A DNA stretch of 64,000 nucleotides from Desulfurococcales archaeon (GTDB lineage Archaea; Thermoproteota; Thermoprotei_A; Sulfolobales; Desulfurococcaceae): NCBI GenBank assembly GCA_027022365.1, contig JALVYU010000026.1:384001-448000 (forward strand). The letters run 5' to 3'. Positions within the stretch are counted from its first letter, which is position 1. The number at the start of each line of letters is the position of its first letter. Both the position numbers and the translations under genes were made by a program. Shown here one piece after another: positions 20,239 through 29,869 of the stretch. The notes under the pieces are model-generated. The model was given only the letters and a program-made list of their open reading frames with translations. It had not been told where the DNA came from and made no database searches.

Positions 20239-21333
20239 TTACTCTATAACACCTGTTTCTTTAGCAAGTCTCCAGGCCGCTTCCGGGGTAAGGCCGTTCT
20301 CGCCCAGTATCGTGTATCTCTCCGGCCTAATACGGTGCGCTATGGTTAGAGCCTTAACAATGATCTCAGCCGGTATACCCAGTTCTCTCGCAGTTACGGG
20401 TAATCCGATCCTTTTCATTACGGATCTGACCTTCTTCCACCGCTTATCGCCGTAGAGGTATAGCATCATAATCGTCCCAACTCCTACCTGTTCTCCATGT
20501 AGTGCCTTCCCTGGAGCAAGTATGTCCAGGGCGTGGCTAAACAAGTGCTCAGAACCGCTTGCAGGCCTGCTTGAACCAGCTATGCACATCGCTACACCAC
20601 TGCTTATCAGTGCCTCGACAAGGATTCTGATACCGTCCGGGTTACCGCTCCCGATGAGCTCGTGGTATCTCAGCACATGTTTCGCCGATAGGAGTGCTAG
20701 CTGCGCGGCGTACTCGCCATAGTATTCTCCTTTAAGCCTATGCGCTAACTGCCAGTCCTTAACAGCTGTGAGTTTCCCTATGAGGTCTCCTACACCGCTG
20801 AGATTTAGTCTTCTAGGAGCTCTTGATATGATCGATATGTCGGCGAGGATCAGTGTGGGTGTGACGGCCGGCATACTGGTCGGCTTATCCCTGCCCTTAA
20901 GACTTGCGAAAGGAGATGTTATCCCGTCGTGGCTGGCGGCCGTTGGAACACTTACCAGTAACCCGTTATTCCTGGATGCAGAATACTTGGCTATATCTAT
21001 GGATTTGCCTCCGCCGATACCTAGGTATATGGTTATACCTTGCTCCCTCGTCTCGGCAGCTACTTTCTCAGCGACGGATATATGGGGGGATTCAACAATC
21101 CATGTGCCCACCTTTAAGCCGGAAGCCTTAAGACGCTCCTCTATTTTACGGGATATTTTTTCATATACGTGGGGCCCTGTTATCAGGGCGATGCGGTCAT
21201 CTGTTGAAACATTTATTTCCTCGAGATAACGCGTTATGTTCGATGCAATATTGTTTCCCACAACAACGAGTTTCGGTAAGATGATCTTATGTTGTTTGGC
21301 GCTGTTCACTTCTAATACACCATTTACATACAA
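20239..21333 (-). CDS. egsA: Glycerol-1-phosphate dehydrogenase
   Basis: GGGKSIDIAK, PTAASHDGITSP, SRPASGSEHLFSH, LHGEQVG. Confidence 0.95.
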   Translation of the reverse strand: MYVNGVLEVNSAKQHKIILPKLVVVGNNIASNITRYLEEINVSTDDRIALITGPHVYEKISRKIEERLKASGLKVGTWIVESPHISVAEKVAAETREQGITIYLGIGGGKSIDIAKYSASRNNGLLVSVPTAASHDGITSPFASLKGRDKPTSMPAVTPTLILADISIISRAPRRLNLSGVGDLIGKLTAVKDWQLAHRLKGEYYGEYAAQLALLSAKHVLRYHELIGSGNPDGIRILVEALISSGVAMCIAGSSRPASGSEHLFSHALDILAPGKALHGEQVGVGTIMMLYLYGDKRWKKVRSVMKRIGLPVTARELGIPAEIIVKALTIAHRIRPERYTILGENGLTPEAAWRLAKETGVIE

Positions 21334-21412
21334 TTTATCGGTGGCTACAAGTGTATTTATAAATAAGCATAATTAGATAGTTTGTGCATGGCATTATCTC
21401 TGGTAGCGGTGG

Positions 21413-22042
21413 GTGTTAATGACTAGTAAGACCGCGTCTAAGACGACGACCGTTGGGCTCGTGGTAAGAGATTATGTTGTCCTAGCAGCTGATAAGCGTG
21501 CCACAGCGGGCACTATGGTCGCACATAATAGGGTTATGAAGATACAAAAGATAGATGATCATGCAGCGATGACTATCTCAGGCCTAGTCGCTGATGCTCA
21601 GTACATTGTTGAGCAGGCCAGATATATATCGCGCAAATACAGCCTCGACATGGGGAAACCCATAAGTATTAGAGGGCTTGCCTCGCAGATCTCCATTATA
21701 TTACAGGCGTACCTTAGGATGAATCCGTTCATAGTCCAGCTTATCATAGGCGGATATGATGTGGCGCCTCACATATATTATGTAGACTTATTCGGTAGCC
21801 TTAGTGAAGAAAAATATATAGCTACGGGCTCGGGTTCGCCGGTTGCATATGGCGTTCTAGAGTCGGGCTATCGAGAAGATCTAAGTCTCGAGGAAGCGAA
21901 AGATCTGGCGTACAGAGCTGTCAGGGCTGCTACTGAGAGGGATAGCTATAGTGGTGAAGGCGTGGACATAGTTGTGATCGGTAAGGACTTGTATGAGGAG
22001 GAAACAAGGCTTTTCCGGAAAAAGGTAGTGAGTCTCTTATAG
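21413..22042 (+). CDS. psmB: Proteasome beta subunit
   Basis: TTTVGL, AADKRAT, ATGSGS, ERDSYSG. Confidence 0.93.
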   Translation: MLMTSKTASKTTTVGLVVRDYVVLAADKRATAGTMVAHNRVMKIQKIDDHAAMTISGLVADAQYIVEQARYISRKYSLDMGKPISIRGLASQISIILQAYLRMNPFIVQLIIGGYDVAPHIYYVDLFGSLSEEKYIATGSGSPVAYGVLESGYREDLSLEEAKDLAYRAVRAATERDSYSGEGVDIVVIGKDLYEEETRLFRKKVVSLL

Positions 22043-22209
22043 GCTAATACGTTCTCCGAGGCCTAGAATATAATAAGGTATATTAAGTAAACAATCATAA
22101 CTCACATATTGATAATAATCGGGCACACTATGTGCTCGTGTTTCTAGTTAGTTAAACATACTGATGTTCTAGCTAATCAACTCGATCAACGATATAATGG
22201 TGTTGGAGT

Positions 22210-24165
22210 GTGAAAAGACTGATAATAGATCGAGGGAGAACAACACTACTCCGCCAGATCCTCGCGGAATTACCGCCCGATATAGGGCTGACAAACATCG
22301 AGTTCGAGGGACCGGAGATAGTCCTTTATGTTAAGAATAGGAAGGCTATTGCCAACAAACTAGATCTGGTCAAGAACATCGCTAAGAAGGTCAGGAAGAG
22401 GGTAGTGATACGAGTACACCCAGACGCCAGGCTTCCACCGCAAGAGGCTAAGGAGAAAATACTAGAGCTTGTTCCTAAGGATGCCGGAATCGATCCTAAC
22501 AGTATAGTGTTTGATAAAACCCTGGGGGAGGTATGGATCAAGGCCGAGAAGCCCGGAATGGTTATAGGTAAGGGGGCGGTGCTCCATCATCTAATTCTAG
22601 CGGAGACGGGTTGGCGCCCCGAAGTATTCAGAGCGTCACCGCTGGAGTCGAAAACACTTAACGTCATCATGACGAACCTGTTAAAGCAGAGTGATTATAG
22701 GCTGAGGTTCCTCAGGTACATAGGCGAGAGAATACATCGAGACGTGATCTTTAAGAACAATTATGTCAGGATAACAGCGCTAGGAGGGTTCATGGAGGTC
22801 GGGAGATCAGCCATCCTCGTCGAGACTAGGGAGAGCAGAGTCCTCCTAGATCTTGGCGTAAATGTCGGCGCAGGATCAGATCCTAACAGGGCTTATCCAT
22901 ACATAGACATAAGCCAGATAAGAATATCGGAGCTCGACGCCGTAGTAGTTACTCATGCTCATCTAGACCACTGCGGCTTGGCACCGCTCCTATTCAAATA
23001 CGGCTATCGAGGCCCCGTATATGTTACTAAGCCCACGAGAGAGCTCATGGCAATCATGATCAAGGATTATATAGAGGTAACGCAGCGCGAGGGAAAATAC
23101 CTGCCCTACGGCGAGAAAGAGCTCATGACGATGATACTTCACACGATACCGCTGGGATATAATGAAGTGACTGATGTAGCTCCCGATATAAAGGTTACAA
23201 TGTATAATGCCGGCCATATCCTCGGATCAGCCATTGTCCACCTACACATAGGGAGCGGGCTCCACAACATAGTCTACACAGGCGACTTCAAGTACGCTAA
23301 CACCAGGCTCCTCGAGAGAGCCAACGACAAGTTCCCCCGTGTGGAGACCCTAATAATGGAGTCAACATACGGTGCTACAAGGCAACAGAATAGGCGTGAG
23401 GCGGAACAAGAACTAATCAGTATTATCAAGAGAACTATCGAGAGGCAGGGCATAGTCCTTATACCTGTTTTCGCCGTTGGTAGGGGCCAGGAGATAATGC
23501 TTGTATTAAGCGACGCCATACAGCGCGGGCTACTGCCCAGAGTTGACGTGTTTATCGAGGGCCTAGTAAACGAGGTTACAGCGATACATACACAGTACCC
23601 CGAATACCTGAACCGCAATCTGAAAGACATGATATACCGTGGCGAGAACCCCTTTGTGGCTGATTACTTCCACATCATAGAGGGGCATAAGGCTAGGCCT
23701 GATATCGTGGAGACAAGGCCATCCATAATAATTGCTACCAGTGGTATGCTGACCGGCGGGCCAGCAGTGGAGTACCTAAGACTAATAGCAAGCGATCCAA
23801 GGAACTCCCTCGTCTTCGTTGGCTACCAGGCGGAGGGAACATTGGGGAGGAGGATCAAGGATGGTCTCCGGGAGCTCCAAATGGTGATTGATAACAAGGT
23901 AGAGATCGTTAGGATAAACCTCGAAGTATACAGTGTCGAGGGCTTCTCAGGGCATAGCGACCAGAGCGAACTACTGAGGTATGTCCGCAACATCGCGCCG
24001 AGACCCCGCAACATCGTGCTAAATCACGGCGAGCCCACAGCCATTATGACGCTTGCAAGGCTTGTGTCACGCCTCGTATCTAATCCTAGAAGTGGCTATG
24101 TTGGTTCGACACAAGTGTTCACACCGAATATTCTCGACTCTATACACTTGACTGCGCGGAGGTGA
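22210..24165 (+). CDS. fttA: Beta-CASP ribonuclease aCPSF1 / termination factor FttA
   Basis: N-terminal KH domains, THAHLDH, AGHILGS, YTGDF, GFSGHSD. Confidence 0.93.
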   Translation: MKRLIIDRGRTTLLRQILAELPPDIGLTNIEFEGPEIVLYVKNRKAIANKLDLVKNIAKKVRKRVVIRVHPDARLPPQEAKEKILELVPKDAGIDPNSIVFDKTLGEVWIKAEKPGMVIGKGAVLHHLILAETGWRPEVFRASPLESKTLNVIMTNLLKQSDYRLRFLRYIGERIHRDVIFKNNYVRITALGGFMEVGRSAILVETRESRVLLDLGVNVGAGSDPNRAYPYIDISQIRISELDAVVVTHAHLDHCGLAPLLFKYGYRGPVYVTKPTRELMAIMIKDYIEVTQREGKYLPYGEKELMTMILHTIPLGYNEVTDVAPDIKVTMYNAGHILGSAIVHLHIGSGLHNIVYTGDFKYANTRLLERANDKFPRVETLIMESTYGATRQQNRREAEQELISIIKRTIERQGIVLIPVFAVGRGQEIMLVLSDAIQRGLLPRVDVFIEGLVNEVTAIHTQYPEYLNRNLKDMIYRGENPFVADYFHIIEGHKARPDIVETRPSIIIATSGMLTGGPAVEYLRLIASDPRNSLVFVGYQAEGTLGRRIKDGLRELQMVIDNKVEIVRINLEVYSVEGFSGHSDQSELLRYVRNIAPRPRNIVLNHGEPTAIMTLARLVSRLVSNPRSGYVGSTQVFTPNILDSIHLTARR

Positions 24166-24174
24166 AGATACACG

Positions 24175-24696
24175 ATGGTAAGAAGAGTGTTATTTCCCGG
24201 GAGATTCCAGCCGTTCCATAACGGGCATTTAAAGATCGTTAAATATCTCGCCGATAAATTTGATGAAGTCGTCATAGCTATCGGGAGCGCGCAGGAGGGA
24301 TTTACTTGTAGGAATCCGTTTACGGCTAGTGAGAGAATAGAGATGATCGATGAAACGTTAAGGGCCTCCGGTATGTCTAGAGACGAGTATCTCTTGATCC
24401 CGGTACCTGATATACATAAACCCATGGCATGGACTACATATGTACTAGGTATGATTCCGAGAGTAGAAGCTGTAGCAACTGGGAACCCTCATGTAGAGTT
24501 TCTTTATAGATGGCTCGGCATCGATGTCGTAAAGATCGAGCTATACAATCCACATCTCTACAGCGGCACTGTTATACGTAGGCTCATGATGGTTAGTGAT
24601 ACGTGGCGTGAAAGAGTACCCAAACCTGTTGCGAGATATATTGATAACATAGATGGCGTAGAGCGTGTTAAGAGGGTGTGCAGAAATACTTGTTGA
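24175..24696 (+). CDS. nadM: Nicotinamide-nucleotide adenylyltransferase
   Basis: GRFQPFHNGH, GSAQ, NPFTASER, SGTVIR. Confidence 0.92.
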   Translation: MVRRVLFPGRFQPFHNGHLKIVKYLADKFDEVVIAIGSAQEGFTCRNPFTASERIEMIDETLRASGMSRDEYLLIPVPDIHKPMAWTTYVLGMIPRVEAVATGNPHVEFLYRWLGIDVVKIELYNPHLYSGTVIRRLMMVSDTWRERVPKPVARYIDNIDGVERVKRVCRNTC

Positions 24697-25756
24697 GATC
24701 GATGGGAGTATAGGCGAGGGCGGGGGGCAGATACTGAGGTACAGCATAGCTCTCTCAGCCGTTCTCCAGATCCCGGTGAGGATATACAATATAAGGGCCA
24801 AGAGGAGAAACCCTGGTTTAAGGCCCCAGCACTTAACAGCCGTTAGGGCTCTTGCAAAAATAACTGATGCTGTTGTACGTGGGGATAGAGTTGGTAGTAT
24901 GGAAATAGTCTTTGAGCCTAGGACGAGAAAATCAGGTATTTTCGAGTTTAATATAGGGACTGCTGGTAGCGTAACGCTGGTCCTTCAAGCACTTCTGCCA
25001 GTTCTTCTCTTCGTCGATCATACTTCGAGAGTAACTATAATTGGTGGCACAGATGTTCCTTGGAGCCCCCCGATAGACTATATGATCTTTGTCTTCAAGC
25101 ATAATCTGCAGTTATTTGGCGCAAAAATTGAGGTGAAGCTACTAAGGCGGGGCCATTACCCGAGGGGCGGTGGCAGAGTAGTTGTTGAAGTAGAGCCTGT
25201 GAAGGATTACTTGAAGCCGATCAATATTGTGAAGCATAACGGCATAGTAGCGATACGTGGCAGAAGCCACGCCGTGAGACTGCCTAAACATGTGGCTGAG
25301 AGGCAGGCACGTGCAGCCTCTGCTATTATAGCTGAAAAGCTCGGCCTAGAGCCGCTTATCGATATAGAGTACTATGAGAAGGGAAGGGATCCTCATCTAG
25401 GTCCTGGCAGTGGGATAGTGGTTTACGCCGAGACAAGAACGGGTACTAGGCTCGGAGCTGATAGTCTTGGAGAGAAAGGCAAGCCTGCCGAGAAGGTGGG
25501 CCGTGAGGCCGCGTTGAAGCTTGTAGAAGACATAGGTACAGGTATGGGTTTTGACAGGCATATGGCGGACATGCTCATTCCCTACATGTTTCTCGCAAGG
25601 GGATCCAGTGTTGCAGGTGTTGCTAGGCTCACTAGTCACGCACTGACAGCGATCAGGATCACGAAGATGTTTCTAAGGGATGCGGCTGTAGAGGTGGATG
25701 GCGAAGAGGGTGAGCCAGGCATTATCAGGATAGATGGGATCGGATTTTCTCGATAA
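24665..25756 (+). CDS. rtcA: RNA 3'-terminal phosphate cyclase
   Basis: GEGGGQILR, PGLRPQH, RRGHYPRGGG, DRHMADML. Confidence 0.95.
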   Translation: MLRGCAEILVEIDGSIGEGGGQILRYSIALSAVLQIPVRIYNIRAKRRNPGLRPQHLTAVRALAKITDAVVRGDRVGSMEIVFEPRTRKSGIFEFNIGTAGSVTLVLQALLPVLLFVDHTSRVTIIGGTDVPWSPPIDYMIFVFKHNLQLFGAKIEVKLLRRGHYPRGGGRVVVEVEPVKDYLKPINIVKHNGIVAIRGRSHAVRLPKHVAERQARAASAIIAEKLGLEPLIDIEYYEKGRDPHLGPGSGIVVYAETRTGTRLGADSLGEKGKPAEKVGREAALKLVEDIGTGMGFDRHMADMLIPYMFLARGSSVAGVARLTSHALTAIRITKMFLRDAAVEVDGEEGEPGIIRIDGIGFSR

Positions 25757-26786
25757 GTTTATTCTCGAGTATCTCAAGCAGTTTGCCGAGACCATACCCC
25801 TTGTCAGCCGAGATAAGCAGTGGTTCACGCCCTGTTGTATCCGCTATTTTCTTCCTTGATTCCTCCAGGATATCCTCTGGCGTTATATCGATCTTGTTTA
25901 TTGCTACTATGATGTCGTCCGAACCGATAATGTTTATGACATCCCTGTACACGGCTAGTTGTTCATCGAGACTATAGTAGGTATTAGGATTCGTGTCGAA
26001 CAAGTAGAGTAGGATATCTGACAGGTGTTTGAGCGCTAGAACCGCTTTCATTTCTATCTCGTTTCTTTTGTCGAGGGGTCTATCGAGTAGGCCGGGCGTA
26101 TCTATGAGTGTTATTTTACCGTAAGGCTTCACCTCTATATGTCCTGCGATTATTGTCTTCGTCGTAAAGGGATAGGGGCTTATCTCGGGCTCAGCCCTCG
26201 TGAGCTTCTTGAGCAGTGTTGATTTTCCTACTTGGGGCATTCCAACAATTATAACTACTAGATCGCCCGTGACATCTGGCATCCCCGAGATCTCTTTTAT
26301 GGCTTCTTTGACGGCCTCTAGTAGTGCTCGGTCTCTCTTGAGCAGCGATAGCATTCTCCCTAATCCTCCTCTAAAGGCTCTCTTCGCCTCGCCTCCTGTT
26401 AGGCTGGATTTTATCCCTGTCCTTGTATCACGGTATATTCTGTTGAGGATCCTCCTCTTAGCCCTGTATCTGCCCAGCAGATCTGCTGGGCTTCTACCCG
26501 TTTTTATTATGAATAACTCTTTGTAGAAATCATGCATCTTATCTACGGCTTCGAGGGCCTTCACGATTTTCTCCATGTTTGAGTCTAGGACAGTATATGC
26601 TGTCCCTAGTTTTGCGAGTAGTGTGTTCTTGAATTGGAGCAACGTGTTCTTACCAGTACTTCGTGGGGGTGGCGGGATAGGCGTTGACCGCATACGGTTG
26701 TCTACGCGTCTGTATATGTCCTCATATAATGGTATCCAGTATTTCTTGAGCTTGTCGGGGGTTATTGTTTGTTCATTGTTTTTCAT
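25725..26786 (-). CDS. NOG1/OBG-family GTPase
   Basis: GMPQVGKST, YPFTT, DTPGLLDRP, NKID. Confidence 0.9.
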   Translation of the reverse strand: MKNNEQTITPDKLKKYWIPLYEDIYRRVDNRMRSTPIPPPPRSTGKNTLLQFKNTLLAKLGTAYTVLDSNMEKIVKALEAVDKMHDFYKELFIIKTGRSPADLLGRYRAKRRILNRIYRDTRTGIKSSLTGGEAKRAFRGGLGRMLSLLKRDRALLEAVKEAIKEISGMPDVTGDLVVIIVGMPQVGKSTLLKKLTRAEPEISPYPFTTKTIIAGHIEVKPYGKITLIDTPGLLDRPLDKRNEIEMKAVLALKHLSDILLYLFDTNPNTYYSLDEQLAVYRDVINIIGSDDIIVAINKIDITPEDILEESRKKIADTTGREPLLISADKGYGLGKLLEILENKLIEKIRSHLS

Positions 26787-26825
26787 GGTTCATCTCTGTT
26801 TATGTTGTTTTCTCTAAACATGATG

Positions 26826-27434
26826 TTATGGCGGGTTAATATTTGCTGGTTTTATCCTCTCATGTATTTTCTTGGCGAGTCTTAGGAGGCGCTTATAGCT
26901 TGTGGGGCTTATATTGAATATCTCGGTAACTCTGTGCTCGAGGGGAGGTCTTCTCTTCTTATCTAGGAATGAGAGTATATATGCTAGTGCATACTTGCTT
27001 CTCTCGGTTCTAGCGAGGGCTGCAGGGTAGACTCTCTCTATTAGCTCTATATAGTGTTGTAGCTCACGGCGAATTCCTAGCTCCTCGATGTTTTTCTCGG
27101 CATTGATAGTAGCGTCCGACTTTATTGTTTTCACGAGCTTCCCGCTGTGGAGATATTTATCGTAGTCTATATGTAGCCATGGTCTGCCTGTGACGTATTT
27201 TTGCGCTGTATTATACCTCCTTATATGTATATAGTATTGCCTGTGTTGTCTCCTGTGTTTGGGATTTTCGAGCTTCTTTGCCTGGCATTGATATATGGTG
27301 TCCTCCCTCCTGTACGGCGGGCTATAATCATATATTGTATCAATAACTGTTCCGCAGGAACTACAGGTTATTTCTCCCTTCTCGTAGTCCCAGATCAGAA
27401 TGCCTCCGCATATGGGGCACGTGTTTTCTCTCAT
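26826..27434 (-). CDS. Truncated TFB-like zinc-ribbon protein (TFB3-like)
   Basis: CPICGG-LIWDYEKGEITCSSCGTVID TFIIB Zn ribbon; 202 aa, lacking the two full cyclin repeats. Confidence 0.65.
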   Translation of the reverse strand: MRENTCPICGGILIWDYEKGEITCSSCGTVIDTIYDYSPPYRREDTIYQCQAKKLENPKHRRQHRQYYIHIRRYNTAQKYVTGRPWLHIDYDKYLHSGKLVKTIKSDATINAEKNIEELGIRRELQHYIELIERVYPAALARTERSKYALAYILSFLDKKRRPPLEHRVTEIFNISPTSYKRLLRLAKKIHERIKPANINPP

Positions 27435-27513
27435 CTACTGACACCGTTACATTGGTAGGGCTTCTCTGTTATTTCTCGAGAACAGTGTATGGTAGCGCGC
27501 TCTGAGGGTGTAA

Positions 27514-27527
27514 CGAAACTATTTGTT
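27514..27527 (-). promoter_or_regulatory. Candidate DNA-damage-response element upstream of TFB3-like gene
   Basis: Minus strand AACAAATAGTTTCG, identical to 1360-1373. Confidence 0.55.
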
Positions 27528-27701
27528 TATCTTTGCGCGAAGAATAATTAGGCCGTTCTAGAATACCTGAGTATGACGCCCCCCTGACACCCCTTCATCG
27601 AGGGCTAAGGGGATGAGGGCGGGGCCTCTGTTCCCCGGGCCAACCTATTTAAGCCAATAACTTCTTACTAGTTTCACGGATAATTCAATGGGGAAAGAAC
27701 A

Positions 27702-28292
27702 ATGAATGGTGTAGGAACCGTTCTCGGTATCAGAGCCAGGGATGGTATCGTATTAGCTGGTGAAAAGAGATTAACCTATGACGGCTTTGTGCTCAGTAAG
27801 AACGTGAGAAAAGTGCATCCAATAACGGATCATATAGGTATAGGAGTCGTAGGGCTTATGGGTGATGCGCAGGTATTATTAAAGATGCTGCGGTTCGAGG
27901 CTAAGAGTTATGAGCTTCAGCACAATAGGAAGATACGTGTTAGATCGATGGCGAAAGTGGCATCTATAATACTTTACTCATACAAGCTAATGCCCATGAT
28001 GACTGAAACAATAATTGCAGGAGTTGATGATAAAGGCCCGCAGCTTTTCGTCCTAGATCCTGTGGGTAGCTATATAGAAGACAAGTACGCGGCGCTCGGC
28101 TCGGGCGGGCCCTTAGCACTAGGTATTCTGGAGAAAGAATATAAGGATGAAATCAGCGTTGATGATGCATCTCATCTAGCAGTAAGTGCTATTGAGGCCG
28201 CGTTGAAAAGAGACGCTGTCTCGGGCGATGGTATAGACCTATTGATCATAACGAGGGACGGCTATGAGCTGAAAGAATACTTGTTCAAATAA
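27702..28292 (+). CDS. psmB: Proteasome beta subunit paralog (lacks the canonical N-terminal Thr)
   Basis: GIRARDGIVLAGEKR, ALGSGG, KRDAVSGDGID. Confidence 0.88.
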   Translation: MNGVGTVLGIRARDGIVLAGEKRLTYDGFVLSKNVRKVHPITDHIGIGVVGLMGDAQVLLKMLRFEAKSYELQHNRKIRVRSMAKVASIILYSYKLMPMMTETIIAGVDDKGPQLFVLDPVGSYIEDKYAALGSGGPLALGILEKEYKDEISVDDASHLAVSAIEAALKRDAVSGDGIDLLIITRDGYELKEYLFK

Positions 28293-28314
28293 CCCGGGAG
28301 TTAGGGCTTGTGGT

Positions 28315-28977
28315 TTGCCCAAATACTTTGACTATAAGAGGGCCGTAAAGATACAGAGGATCCTTGCCGAGAAAGTCTTTAAAAGCCTGGAGAACCCCTC
28401 CTTATTGGATCCTGATAATGTCAGGTATGTTGTAGGTGTTGATGCTGCTTATTCTAAAGGGTTAATGTACGGCGTCGCAGTTCTTATAGACTATTGTTCT
28501 GGGGAGCTAATACGATATAGTGTTGTTAAGAAGAAACCACCTATTCCATATGTTCCGGGCCTACTAGCTTTCAGAGAAGCACCAGCATACATATCCGCTG
28601 TAAGGAAACTAGGTATTCTACCAGATATTATTGTTGTGGATGGTCACGGCGTCTCTCATCCTAGGGGGCTCGGTATAGCCAGTCATATCGGATTGGTACT
28701 AGACGTACCCAGTATAGGTGTTGCTAAGAAGAAGCTATACGGCGAAGTAAGGGAGGAAAACGGCGAGGTATTCCTCTATGCGCATGGACTGAGGGCTGCC
28801 AAGATCGTTAGTCATCGTGGGCAAACACTGTACATAAGCATGGGGTACAAGATAAGCCTAGATGATGCATGGCGGATCATACAAAGAATGCTTACACCTA
28901 GATACAAGCTACCCATACCAACAGCGCTGGCCGACAGAATATCTAAGGAAATCGCACACCGCCGTAGGGGGCACTGA
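28315..28977 (+). CDS. nfi: Endonuclease V
   Basis: GVDAAY, PYVPGLLAFRE, VDGHGVSHPRGLGIASH, GVAKK. Confidence 0.93.
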   Translation: MPKYFDYKRAVKIQRILAEKVFKSLENPSLLDPDNVRYVVGVDAAYSKGLMYGVAVLIDYCSGELIRYSVVKKKPPIPYVPGLLAFREAPAYISAVRKLGILPDIIVVDGHGVSHPRGLGIASHIGLVLDVPSIGVAKKKLYGEVREENGEVFLYAHGLRAAKIVSHRGQTLYISMGYKISLDDAWRIIQRMLTPRYKLPIPTALADRISKEIAHRRRGH

Positions 28978-29018
28978 TAACCATTATATAGGCGTGTAAA
29001 AATCCACAAAAACTAGGT

Positions 29019-29113
29019 GGGCCCGTAGCCTAGCCTGGATAGGGCGCTGGCCTGCGGCCTAGGAGTAAGGGGTGGATAGCCAGAGGTCCCGGGTTCAAAT
29101 CCCGGCGGGCCCG
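29019..29113 (+). tRNA. tRNA-Arg(GCG) with 20-nt intron at 37/38 (29058-29077)
   Basis: GGGCCCG acceptor stem, CTGGC-CTGCGG/A-GCCAG arm, GGTTCAAATCC. Confidence 0.92.
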
Positions 29114-29116
29114 CTA

Positions 29117-29172
29117 CACTCAGTGCTCCGCCATTCTCATCATCTTCAGCCCCAAAGATCCTCATCACAGCC
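29117..29172 (-). ncRNA. Box C/D sRNA
   Basis: Minus strand: GTGATGA-ggatctttgggg-CTGA-ag-ATGATGA-gaatggcggagca-CTGA. Confidence 0.85.
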
Positions 29173-29218
29173 GCGCAACAATATTATCCTGCCTAGCCAG
29201 ATATTATCGATGTACCGC

Positions 29219-29275
29219 GGGGATGATGACAACCTCCGACACTGAAAACGTGTTGAGGCCCTGCGATACTGACTC
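29219..29275 (+). ncRNA. Box C/D sRNA
   Basis: ATGATGA-caacctccgaca-CTGA-aaac-GTGTTGA-ggccctgcgata-CTGA. Confidence 0.85.
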
Positions 29276-29291
29276 GTAGTGGGAACCCAGG

Positions 29292-29804
29292 CTAAGTCGA
29301 AGTACATTCTCTTAGTAACTTGTATGTTTTAACCACTCGGCTCGCCAGCTTATATGGTATACTGAGAGTATCAACTAGATCCTTAGGCGTGAATTCTGCT
29401 CCTCCAGCATTAGTAGTCAGCTCGTCTAGTTTCTTGATCAGTTTTTCTGGCACAGTATAGGATGTTATCTTTGTTCTCCTCACGGCTATAACGAAATACG
29501 TGGCGCCAAGCTTCAGCACATATACTCGTCCCTGTTTACATAGCAGGAGCTTCAGCTCGTCCACGACAGGCCTGTATTCCTGGCTTATGACATATTTCTC
29601 GCCTGATTTCTCGAGCACGCCGTATTTTTGGAGCCACCATAATGCCCTCTTTATAATCGGTGTTCTGACGCCGAGTAGTTCTCTTAGTTCGCCGATACTT
29701 GTTCCTCCCAGACTATGTATCTCAGCTATAAATGGAGTTAGCCACGGCCTCCTAGTTATTAGAACCAGTATTGTTTCCCGCTTAGTGGGTTCTCTTTTAA
29801 GCAT
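29292..29804 (-). CDS. Hypothetical protein, probable winged-HTH
   Basis: SIGELRELLGVRTPIIKRALWWLQKYGVL HTH-like pattern. Confidence 0.6.
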   Translation of the reverse strand: MLKREPTKRETILVLITRRPWLTPFIAEIHSLGGTSIGELRELLGVRTPIIKRALWWLQKYGVLEKSGEKYVISQEYRPVVDELKLLLCKQGRVYVLKLGATYFVIAVRRTKITSYTVPEKLIKKLDELTTNAGGAEFTPKDLVDTLSIPYKLASRVVKTYKLLRECTST

Positions 29805-29869
29805 TATTATCTACCCGGTATACCTTAATATTTAAGGCATAATAACTATGCTTTTAAACAAAGAGTAGC

